Below, in pieces: positions 52,301 to 64,000 of a DNA stretch of 64,000 bases. Each line of letters opens with the position of its first letter. The stretch's first letter is position 1. Made by a program: the position numbers and the translations under genes. Location of the stretch: positions 12,896,001-12,960,000 of the forward strand of contig OZ059897.1 in assembly GCA_964057225.1 (NCBI GenBank), in the 5' to 3' direction. This DNA is from Auanema rhodensis (lineage: Eukaryota; Animalia; Nematoda). The notes beneath the pieces were generated by a model. It saw only the letters and a list, made by a program, of their open reading frames with translations. It was not told where the DNA came from and did not search any database.

Positions 52301-53984
52301 ACAGATCTATTTTCTGAAGTACTCTTCTACATATTCTTTGAAATATATACGTATGCTCTCGAAAGAAATATGAAATAAAATCATTCACATATGTTTCATG
52401 AGGATATCTTATTAGTTGAATAGAGAGAAGACGAAAGAGAACGAAGAGAAAGACAAAAAAAGCACATTTTGCATTATTAATAATGCTTTCTAATCTAAAT
52501 TTTCTTATATATATATGAACAATTGAAGCTTTTCTGTTCCGTGTTTATTCTATTTATTCATAATTGTTGTGAATAGTTCAATAGACGAAAAGTTTTCATC
52601 AATCTCCATCACCTTTGTCATCATACATTATTATTGGGGGGATGGCTTATGGGATACGTATGTAACAGCCACATGTCTTTGTCTTGTTTCACAGCATTCA
52701 CTTTGAGCAGGGACTTAGTAACAAAAATTCTCATTAGTAGTCTTCAATCCCCGTATAGCCATTTCTTTAATCATTTTTTGAAGTAGATGAAAAGCATTAG
52801 CTTGAAAGCTAGGCTAAAGGCTTAAAAAATGTCATTCAATTGAGGCTTTTCTAATGCTCCTACAACGAAATAAAAAAATCGTATAAGAACCAGATGAGCG
52901 GAAATGTTTCTCACAGCATCTCCCTTTCTAAACATTTGTTTTGCAACAAGAACTAAGTTTAGTAGAAAATACGGTAATAGGAAGGGAACTTTTTTGTAAA
53001 ATTATGAAGTTTTAAACGAACTTAATGGTCAGTTGGTCAAAGAATGCAGGACAGGTAATGAAGAAGACCATATCATCCATTTTGTGATATGTGAATCCGG
53101 TTCAGAATTGATTGCAACAAACTTGCAAACAATCGAAATAGGCTCTGATTCCATGAATATTCATGAATCGCTTCCAACTTGACAGGCTAGTCAACCGTTT
53201 TTTCTGTACTCGCAATTAGAAAATACAGTATTCTGACAGAGAAAAGTGCATAGAATCCGGAGAACACTCTTCCTAGATGGTGTCATAGTTTCTGTTCGAT
53301 GTCTTTCATATGACAACGTTATCATTATTTCGCTCAGATGTTTTTGAAGAAACTTTTTATGATATTTCTAGATCAAAACTTATTCTCAAGATGTATTTTA
53401 GAGATTTCAAGTTCATAAAGGAATGAGCTCTAAAATATTCGAAAGAAATATTTGTATAGATGAGAAAGAGATATTATCTTAAACTCTCTTCATAATTTCT
53501 AATGTTTCATTCAGAACTCAATCATTTTTGATACAATATGATTTTACCGTTTTTCATATATATTTTTATCAATGAATAGTTTCAATCTTATTCTTTTCAT
53601 AAAACAAAGTTTGACTGCTAAATATTGAGCCCAAAGTGTTGTATTGATGAAAATATCAAATTTCGTTCGTATACTCTTTATCAGTGAACGAGTTATATCA
53701 GGTGTTCCACTTTATAAGTTTTGAAAAAAAAAAATCTCTGATCGCATTCATGTTGGTAAAGTGTTCTTACATATTGTACCAAAGATAAGTTCAATTTCAA
53801 TTTTGTTTCAAAATTAATGAGCGGATATTCACTTTTAAGTTACCCTATTCAGCTCTTCTTCGTATGGATGTAAGAAAGAAGTAATGGATATGTTAACTGA
53901 ATGGGCATATGTATGTACTTGTATGAAGCAACCCAATAAACCTATATCATTGCGTGATATGAATACAAATTTTCAGTTGTACTT

Positions 53985-53988
<4 letters not shown>

Positions 53989-54036
<48 letters not shown>
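53989..54036. repeat. (CT)n microsatellite
   Basis: About 24 TC units. Confidence 0.95.
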
Positions 54037-54039
<3 letters not shown>

Positions 54040-54861
54040 CGCTCACTATTTCTTTCTCTCTCTTCTTTGTGTAGATTCGCTCATATCCAAAAAACGTCTG
54101 ACTATTCTACCGTATCTATAAACCCAATCATCCACTATTTGACAATCAAACGAAATGAGAACAGTAACATAGAAAACGATAGAGAGGAGAAAGAAAAAAC
54201 GAGGAACATTGCGCAAAATCGAGAGAAAGAGAGAGAGAGAGGGACAATACCAACGTTTTTTTGTCTTTTCGACCTTGCATTTCTTTACTTTGCTCTTCTA
54301 AAAGCCTATCGTGTTTAATTGTTTTAAAAGGACCGAAAACACTGTAGGATAGAAATGATTATCTCATGGTTTAGATGGTTTAGATGGTTCTTGAATTTAA
54401 TTTTAAACTGTTAATTTGAATTAATTAACCTTATAGCACAAAAAGAGAGAATTCAAATTACTCAGCTTCTTCCTATTTTCACTAAATTTCCTTCCAAATC
54501 TGAAAACATAGTGAATGAGTTTCTCAGACAAGCCCTCACTTCATTGAGTTTGGTGATCACATAATATAGTGAACCAAGTTTTCAAGTTTAACAAAAAAAG
54601 AGGAGAAAAAAACATTTTTTTAATAATAAAATTGTATTTAAGTTCTTTTCAATCTTTCTCACCATTTCATAAACATTTTTCATAAAAAGTAATAGTTATT
54701 CTACTAAAAGCTTGTGATCTACTTGTTCAATTGAAATATATTTTAAATTAAAACCCAAATTACAATATGACTACTGTATATACATATGAAAAATTACAAA
54801 TTTTCAATTCTTTTCATTGTATAATAGCATCAGAAATCCTTATCTTGTCGTATATGAAGCT

Positions 54862-54865
<4 letters not shown>

Positions 54866-54933
<68 letters not shown>
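54866..54933. repeat. (CT)n microsatellite
   Basis: About 34 CT units. Confidence 0.95.
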
Positions 54934-54937
<4 letters not shown>

Positions 54938-57029
54938 TATGACGAGAGAGAGCGCAAAAATAGACGAAATCATCGTGTGTTCATTAGAAATTATTCAAAA
55001 CTCATGACTACATATATCTGATTTTCATTTTTTTTTCTACCAACCTGCAAGATACTCAAGATCTGTTATAATCTTGTTCAAAAAAAGTAACTGAGGAAGT
55101 TGACACAATTTTTTTTATTCTCGAAGCAGTTGTTGAAGCAGCGGAACTTTTTTCTTTCCTTCTTGATTACGGTAACAATTTATTTTGAAGCTTAAGTTTC
55201 TCAGTGTTGCCTATAAGATATTTGATCTTATTTATTAGAAAAAAAGAATATATGATTAAGAAAAGACGGATAAGTGACGATTATCTTTCCAATTATAGTG
55301 ATCAGCTGCTGAAATGAAGAAAATAATAAAAGCATAATAATAAAAAGAATTTAACGAGAGATATAGGATAAAAATTAAAAACAATATTGTTAACTTTATA
55401 ATCAAACTTTTAAAACTTATATTTACCGCATATCAAACATTATAATAGTTCCAGTTCAATTTCTTATCAGACCAAAAAAAACTTGGCCCTCACAGTTCTT
55501 TTCGACAATATATATTTAATGTTCCATCATAAAAGGTATATATGATCTATAAAGATGTTTTTTTCTTTATTTTTACAATTCATTCATGAATACAAATCAA
55601 GAAGTTACAAAGCCAAAAAAAATATTTTCTTGCTTGTCTACTGTATTTTCATTTCTTTCCTTTGATTACTCTCTTTACCATTTGTCTTTCTCTCGCTCTC
55701 TTTCTCTCTATCATTTTCCTTTGAAAACTCTTTCAATGAACTCTCTGAAACATTATAATTCTCAGGGTATTGTGTGAAAATGGAAGAGAAATATAGAGAA
55801 AAGTTCGTGGAAGTTATTCATTCTGAAAACAGCTTTCTCAAACTTTCATAATCAATAGTTAATATAGCAACTAATTGCTTTATATAGTAAAACTATGAAA
55901 ATTAATTTTGGTTACCGTATTCTGTCTAGTTTATGAACTCTTTTTCGACTTTGCTGTAGTTGATTGAAAGGATTATATAGCACGTATACATACAAATGGT
56001 TTCGTTAACTTAATATTGAATAAACTGATTGAAATATAGATAAGATGACCTTTTTTGATGAAAAATCTCTTTTTGACTTGTCAACCAAATCCTATTCATA
56101 TTAACCAACCATATATTAGCTATTTGTCTTCGCTGATTCTTAAAAATCAAAAGTTGCAACATCAAAGAAGTTTCTTTTATTCAGAGTTTATAAGATTTCT
56201 TTATATCTTCCTCATTTCGCTGGAATTCTTTTCATCATCTCTTTCGGATTATGAGAGACATTTTGATTCTGAGAGAATACTTGCATGATGAAGCGACAGA
56301 TGAAACGTTGTGTAAACGAATTCTTCTTTTCAAAATAGTTCATATGAAGAGAAGAAGAGTAATACATACATACATTACAAGTGAATAAATCTGATATTCT
56401 TGACAACTTTTTCGGTAATTATCTTTAAGTATATATGTTCTCTACATTTAAACATGCGTTCATTAAATTATTCATATGTTTAGTTAAGATTTAAAACATC
56501 CAAGATTACTGTAGGATATGAAGCAATATATCTTCTAAAGTTAAAATTCAATCATTTCTCTTTGTTTTATGATTATAGTACTAATTCTGATTATTCTGAT
56601 TTGTTTTCTTGATTAGATAACATGCTACAAGCTTATCATCTTTTTCTTTTAAATTTCAGAAACCTTTGTTACGAGTATTAAGGGTAAAAATTTGAGAAAA
56701 ATGTATATGAAACGAGAACGTGAGTTTAAGATTTTCTTATTCAATTACTTTACTAATACTATCATTTTTATTTTACTAATCATAGGTATAAGTATAGCAT
56801 TTATGTTCATGTTGGTCTTATTCTACTTATTCTCTTTATGCTTCTTCTGATGTTTTTCGATGATTCGTCCGTCAGCATAACCGAAAAAGTTACAAAGTTT
56901 TATCAGTAATCTATTTATTCAAAGATTAGAGTGCTTCATTAGGCGTTATCATTACTATAAAACTTAGATGAGGTCTCTTCTAGAGCTTTATCTTCGTCAC
57001 AAAACTTCTTTTTGAACTATTTACCAGTG

Positions 57030-57365
57030 TTGCGGCTTCTGGGCGGAGCTATTTCGAAGAGTTTTGTATAGAGAGAGGGCCAGGGGCAACGAATGTTGCG
57101 AGCGGCTCAGGGGGCGGAATGGCTTTAACTATCCACAAACACACTCTGTTTCTCTTTCTTTCGTTTTATCTTTCTACGTTTCTTCACGTCTTTACACTCT
57201 CCTACTATCTATCTATCTCCTCCCCTTTCGCCTCCACCAGCCCATTTCTACAGCCAACACGGCCAGCAGTCGGCTGTTTCTCCATCATTCGCCCTTTGCT
57301 GACTCCGCCCTCACTGTCTAGCTTCGATCTCTCGTGCAATATCAGAAAGTTCTCGTATAAGGAAG
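57030..57365 (+). promoter_or_regulatory. GC-rich proximal promoter of mab-3
   Basis: GC boxes GGGCGG at 57041 and 57112, CCGCCC at 57305, AATGTTGCGA at 57092-57101, and TATA-like GTATAAG at ~57355; about 180-520 bp upstream of the ATG. Confidence 0.55.
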
Positions 57366-57546
57366 CTTAAAAAATTTCGCCACTTTACTCGGACAAATAT
57401 AGCTGAGCTGTGCATCAGCTAGGTTTCTCACACTTCACCAGTGTTCATTTTGTGGGCTACCGTACTACTTCTGTTCTTAACAGAACATCATTCCAATTAT
57501 TTCTTCAACAATTTGATAAGGATAACCATTTCAATTTATATTGAAG

Positions 57547-60500
57547 ATGGACGCTAGCTCTACGGAAGGTAATTTTTCCTTTAATCAAAAAGAAAAAAGA
57601 AAAGTCAAAGAAGCAATGTTCTTCATAATATTCATTCACCACCCAGGTTTCAATTTCTATTTCCTTTCCTCAAAATATAATATTCTGCTATATATCCACA
57701 TATTCTATATTTATCCTTCATACTCATCATATAATTTTACCTTTCAGTTTTTTTCATAAAAATTCCGAATTCCTCTCTTACATGGCTTGTTCATATGTAG
57801 AAAACTTTAAAAGATTTCAAAAAATGAGAAGAAATCAACGTTTAAACTCCTCACTTAACAACCTTATTGAAAACTTCATACAACCGGTTCTTAATAAGCT
57901 AAAGTGAAAAATGAAACATAATTTTTTTCATTTTGTTTCAAAGCCTAAAACTCGAATATCGTAACCTAATTTCTCACAAAAATATCGTTCATTTCATAGA
58001 GACATGCATACAGTGTATGTACATTGTGGTTCAATACACACTTTTCCTATTCATTTCGCCAATTTTAGTAGTATTGTTCATCATGTTTCCATATCGTTGC
58101 TAAAATATGTGGGTGGTCTACGTTTACATGTCAATTTCCAATAAATTTCTGCATCCTGTACCAATGAAGCCAACAGACATTTTTTCCCTCCATCCTTTTT
58201 TTCTGTATTTTACTCTCTCCTTCTCTCTTTTCTTTGCACTACCTCGTAGTCATTTTTCTTTTCTCTCTTTGTTTCTCATCAAGCGCAAAGAATTGGTCTG
58301 ATTCCTCGATCTTTTTTTACTGTCCTTGTGTCTCTTCCACTGTTTCGGCTCATTTGTTTTGAAAAACACTCTCATTGTTTCTGGATGGACCTCCCGAATC
58401 TTAATCGCACCAGCAGCTACCGTAACCTACATACAGTTGTAGAGTTTCAATGTCCTCTGTCATATTGCTTGGGGTATAAAGTTTTCACTTTCTTTTCCTT
58501 ATCTACCTCCTTCTCACTCTTTCTTTGTATTTCTCTGCCTTCCTCTTTTTCCTTTTTACTCTCACAGTTTTCAAACTTCGTCTGCGTTATTGCGAATCTT
58601 CCAGAAAAAAATTATCATTCGCATCATCAGTATCATTCATGAACCGACCTTCAAATCATGATTTTCATTAGAAACTTTTTGATAGTCACGGTCTGGAATT
58701 GATTCTTATCAGTAAAAGTTTTGTCAAAGTCTGATTGGCTTACGTTTTGAATATTTCTCTGAGGAATATCCCATCTAAAGTAATCTTATAATCTATTGAA
58801 AACCTATTCTTTTCTGTTTCATACATTATTTTTTACCTTTTATTCTTTATAACATAAGATATTAACTATTATTATTTTTATTTTGCTGTAATAGTTATTG
58901 TATTGATTGCTATTTTCTGTCAAGTATGCGTTTGAACTAATCGAATTTTGATTTTTCCATAACGCTCTGTTCCAACTACAGTAATGATACTTCATCGGCA
59001 GCATTTTGAGAATATATTAAACATCCTTATCCGCTACTTACACAGAACTACTTAACTCAAGCTTCTCAAGCACAAAATCATTTACCAAAAATATATCCTC
59101 TGTTCCTTATTTCACATTCCTCTTTTTAGAAATTATTGACGTGGTTGGTGATATGTCGAAAGACGACACCTTCTCAAGCTCCTCATCTGTTATTTCTGAA
59201 AAAGAAAATTCAAATTCAATAGAACAAGAGCAAAACTCTGCTGAACGTAAGTATTTTTGCCAACGCTGCTTGAATCATGGGTTTGAACATCCTCGGAAAG
59301 GTCATAAGCCTCACTGCCAGTAAGTTTTTAGTAGCAACTTTTCTATAAAAATGCAACATCTATAATCTTAAGGTATGCCAAATGTGAATGTAAAGATTGT
59401 TCCATGGTAGAACGTAGACGACAGCTTAATAATCGTCTTTCAAAATGTAATCCAGCTGTCATGAAAACCGAAGTTGTCAATGGAAAGAAGAGCCGCATTC
59501 CATGTTGCTCAAGATGTGCTTGTCACGGACTGGTAAATCCACTCAAAGGACATAAGAAAGCTCTATGTCCATTCCGTGATTGCAAATGTGAAGTTGTAAG
59601 TTTTAACTTTGAGGTTTTCATTTCATTAACATATTACAAATTTTCTTCAAAAACTCTAATCTACCTATTTGACTAATTAACAGAAAATATAATTCACATT
59701 TTTAAAAATAAATTAATGCTAGCAGACAGTTAATTTTAATTAATGTTACCGTACTCGCTTCAAACAAGGCAAAAACCTTTTGTATGATCTTTCTGTTGTT
59801 TTAAAAGATCGGTTAAATCTTCACGCATGTGAACGATTAGGTCTTCAAGCACATCGGGATTCCTCTCTTTTCTCTCTCTAACTCTCTCAATCTCTCTTTC
59901 TCTCCCTCTTTTTTTTGTTTCATCCTTCGTCTTATTTTCTTCCCATTATTCATTTCCTATGTCTTCTTGCATTCTACCGTTTGTCGCAACGATGCGATGA
60001 TTCTTTGCTGACAATCAAATGTTATTGTCCAACAGACATTTTTTGAAATCTTTATGTGGATGTCTGTATGTATCGTTTACCCATTAATTTTTCCTCCTGA
60101 TGGTTTTTCACCTCGTTTCATCTTCTCTAACATCACCTTCATTCTACTATTCGCACTGTTTCAAACCATTCAAGAATACGGTAGTAAATGTATTCAGAAA
60201 TATAGAGAAAAGGGAAAACGCTGTTGAGTATTCCGTTTAAAAGACAAAACATAAGATATACCAGTTTTGTTATAGTTAATATGATTTTTTCCCTTTGAAC
60301 AATGAAACGTTTTGTTATACGATACTTCAAAAGTATTCTAATAAAATTTTTGATTAAATTACCATTATTATTTCTTTTATAATTCAATTTGTGAATATAA
60401 TTATTTCGTATTCTTATTAATTTTTTTTCCATTTAATTTATATTTAACTAAAATTAATATTTTTCATTAGTTACAGTATACGTAATAGTAAAATGAGTGA

Positions 60501-61711
60501 AAGATCTTTTGACAAGCGTAAAAATGGTTTTAAAAATGAGCAAATAGCCTGAAGCAATCTGAGAGTAACAATCTTTGCCAGTTGGCATTAAGATAGGCCA
60601 TAATTCGTAAAACATGGCAAGCATTCCGAGTAAAGAATCATAATATGAAAATATATACGCGAGTGAAAGATAGATGAGAGAAAAGAGCAAGATTGTGAAG
60701 GAGAGTTTGAAAAGCATGAAAGATAGATAGAAGCTTATAAGAAACAGCAAACTATGAGATTTAAACGCTGAAAAAGAGCAATAAAATCATCATATACGGT
60801 AGAACCAAAAATTTTATGCATAAATGAATAAGACTTAAAACTATATACATAATATGTATATGTATAAATATATTTTATAAAATAATCTTTTGATAATTAT
60901 AGTGTGCAATGGTTGTCCTTCGTCGTGATTGTATGGCTGCACAAGTAAAACTTCGTCGTGGTCAATCAAAATACAAGACTCTATATATGGTTTCTCCTAA
61001 TGGTGATATATCTGGTAAAATTCACACACATTTGCAAATCATACGTTTTTCTGTTTTAGATGATTGCGTCACTATTCCTTTGCTTATGTCAAAAAATTCT
61101 TCTGGACGTGGAAATACTAAAACTAAAACAAAGAAAGCAGTACTCGGATCTGCGGGGCTTACAACTCAGTTGACTCGTGATTCACCATCTCCTCCAGCGT
61201 TATCACCTTCCTACTCTATCTCTACATTATCTTCTAATGCAACGTCACCAATACCATCGCCTTTACTTCAATCTGAATTTGTCATGCCAAAAACAAATGT
61301 GACAAACACAGTCACAAGTGTGAATACTGCAGCTTTACCCGCTGGTCTTATAGTTCCAACACCAATCACACCTGTTTCTCCTCTTATCAACAATATGCTA
61401 GTACCGTCTCCAAATATAGCTTCGTTAGCTACTGGACTTCCTGCTCCAAGACCAATCAAGCCAATGTACTTAGGAGAAATGGGATATGATATTCATGATC
61501 AAATTAAACAGCTTACGTTACAGGTAATATAACTGATCAGTTTTGAAAATTATTCATCTTCTCATTTTAAAAATTTGAAAATACTTCAAAATTATTTTTT
61601 AATTATAATTTTAAATGTTTTTCTTTTCAGTATAATGTATTCCAAATAGAAAACATATGGGCACAATTACGCTTTCATAATGGACTTTCAATCACTCCTC
61701 ATAGTAATTGA
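57547..61711 (+). CDS. mab-3: Double DM-domain (DMRT) transcription factor MAB-3
   Basis: [109 protein letters not shown] and the short inter-DM spacer favour MAB-3 over DMD-3. Confidence 0.9.
58110..58118 (+). promoter_or_regulatory. TRA-1/GLI binding site in mab-3 intron 1
   Basis: Perfect TGGGTGGTC; mab-3 is a known direct TRA-1 target in C. elegans. Confidence 0.65.
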
Positions 61712-62901
61712 GTATGATGATCAGAGGCATCATTCCTTTTAAGGATTTGACTTCTTAAATCTAAATTCTTACTTTTGTTCATTTAAGTCATTGTACTTTA
61801 CGGATGTCATCAGCATTTTCTATATTAATCTGTATGCAAAACTTTATATCTTTGAATTAACTTTCCGTTTTCTAAAAACAAACTTGCTTTCACTGTTATG
61901 CTGAAAATGTTCGGTTTATCTGCATCTACTTTGCACATTCTTGCTTCTCTATTCCAGCTTTATCTTCCAATTTGTTTTTCCCATTCACATATTTATGTTG
62001 CACTCACATTACTTTTTTTCTACCTACCTTACCTTTGTTTTATTTTTGTTTTTTTTCCCAAGCTCTACGCATATTTGTATTTTCCTCTTTATTTTCAACC
62101 TTGTGTAACGACAGGGCCAAGCCACATGTGTCTCCTTTGAACATCTGACTTGTTTATTTAAAAAAACTTAAATCAGACCTGAATAGATTCTTATCATTCA
62201 GAGAATGTAGATGTCATGTTCATCATCGACACACTCGTTTCATATTTGGCCATTAGAACCGCATCTCCTGAAGAACCCGATATGAGCTGTCGATACTTTA
62301 TTGGTCTCTTCGTCTTTTTTCGAAAAAAGGCACAATCGCAGTAAAACAGCGATTACGGGTGAGATGGAACTTTTTTCCATTATACCTATCTCATCGTTCG
62401 GCAGAGAATAACACATACTTGTCTCTAAAAACTCAAAATCTTCAACGCTTGCTCGCTATTCATCTGAGCATTCAGACATTCCGTGTTACTTTATCGCCGT
62501 TCCTTCACCCACTTTATATATTGAGTTATTTATTCACAGCTTAGTCATTCCTATCCAATTCATGTAACTTCAGCAAAATTCCCGGTTCATTTTACGAGTA
62601 GCGTTATCATTATGAAACCACTAATTAGTTGGTGCTTTCAAAAAAACGGAAAATTTGAAATAGAAGTAAATGCTGCCTCCATGTTTCCAATTGTACTAGT
62701 CTTCAGACAGTTTATACAATTTCAACTAGATTTGTTAAAGACATTAACTATAGTAATAAACAGTAGCAAAAAAAAACAATGTTCATCATAGACATATCTC
62801 AACAACAACGAAAACGAAACAAATTTCAACAATATCCAGTAGTTTAAAATATGAATCTTTACAACAAAACTATGAAATAGTTTGCTTATATAACAACCTT
62901 T

Positions 62902-63959
62902 TTATAATCTGTCATTAGAACGGCTTGCAATATTTCGCAAAGTTCCGTATACTTTAGATGGTGGTGATCCTGAAATCAAAATTTTAAAATGGAAAAGATA
63001 TATATTGCATACCCAAAATTAAACTGGATATGGCATTTCTTGCAAGCTTCAAATTTTGGAAAGCTCCTAATAGATGAATTTTGGTATCAGCAAGAACTGA
63101 AAAAAAAATTGAACGCTTCACGCAACATAGTAAGTTTTACCAATTCTGGTTTTAGTAACATTTTCAATAACAAGCTTAGTACGGCCATCTTTTCCAGCAA
63201 TACGTCCTATTGCTCTGCTTAAATGATCACCTTTAAGAGATGCTTTAACATCAGCGACCTGAAGAAGTTATGAATTTACAAACAACCAACATTAGTAGTC
63301 ACCTCGAAAGTTTCTAAGAAAAGATGATCTAATCTGATTAATGCTAAAGCATCATTAACATCAAATCCAAGAATAAAAGCACGCACAAAATCAGCAGCCT
63401 GAGTTTACTTATATGTTATAAGTGAAGAAATACAAATTCACCTTTTGTAAATCCGTTGTTTCTTCTCTATCTAGAGGATTTCTGATTTCAACATGTCTAC
63501 TTTTGATATTAAATCTACAAAAAAAATTTGAAGCGAGAAGAGACAAAGCTGCTCACCTCACTTGCAATCCCAAGTTCTTGACTATGGGCGTGAAAATACT
63601 AGACCAGTTCTCTTTGAGAGCATTATAACGATGTTTAGGTACAGATACTCTTCTCATCTCTCCTTTTTCTCCACGTGTTCGCTTAGCGCGCTTGGATGGT
63701 TCTTCCTTTTCATTCTGAGCTTCCTCAGTCTCATCTGCCATATCTACATCCTTAGCTGATCTACGCTTTCTTCTGGACTAAAAAATATTTACTTGGTATA
63801 AAAATTCTAAAAATTACTTACAACAACTTGGAAATCATCTCCCTCTTTAGCTACTCCAGTTGAGTTCTGCTCAATTAAAGATGGTAAAGTGGCCGGAACA
63901 TCGACATCGATGAGATCTGGCATATCATCCATAGTTTCCATTGGTAAATCATCCGCCAT
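62902..63959 (-). CDS. pno1: RNA-binding ribosome biogenesis factor PNO1/DIM2 (KH domain)
   Basis: [79 protein letters not shown] and [12 protein letters not shown] motifs. Confidence 0.97.
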
Positions 63960-64000
63960 CTATGAAAAACGTGAATAGAACAGAATTAAGAAAGTTTAGA

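Noticed and set aside
53010-53185. ~57-codon open frame (NGQLVKECRTGNEEDHII..)
   Set aside because: No clear splice acceptor, partner exons or recognisable motif.
53884-55021. ORFs with LSLSLS runs
   Set aside because: Translations of (CT)n microsatellites.
57547-61711. Calling the DM gene dmd-3
   Set aside because: PRKGHKP, NN-x-LSK and the short DM1-DM2 spacer fit MAB-3 better; a phylogeny would settle it.
1-64000. tRNA, rRNA, CRISPR arrays, telomeric TTAGGC arrays, intact transposons
   Set aside because: None recognised by eye; a dedicated scan could still find small RNAs.

Overview
AT-rich (roughly 30% GC by eye) eukaryotic DNA with many ~45-60 nt GT-AG introns, TTTCAG acceptors and acceptors directly before start codons. 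This points to a rhabditid-type nematode. I spliced 18 protein-coding genes by hand: an Srx and an Srh/Sri-type chemoreceptor, a GPI-anchored protein with four Cys modules, a C-type lectin, an aldo-keto reductase, three small secreted-protein genes, a Q/H-rich GILT thiol reductase, a single-EGF membrane protein, a two-domain Ly6/quiver-like protein, glyoxalase II, a CREBZF-like bZIP, a degenerate bZIP/coiled-coil protein, a Frag1/PGAP2-like protein, a ZP-domain cuticlin, mab-3 and pno-1. Main finding: the apparently empty 13.5-25.4 kb region holds a four-exon gene for a 131-aa secreted protein with the motif pattern of plant self-incompatibility S1 (SPH) proteins. It lies head-to-head with a 99-aa six-Cys propeptide gene, and a perfect TRA-1/GLI site sits between them. 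The region upstream of mab-3 and its first intron carry a cluster of TRA-1-type sites, and two perfect MAB-3 consensus sites lie upstream of the gene. All family calls come from motif recognition; no database search was run.
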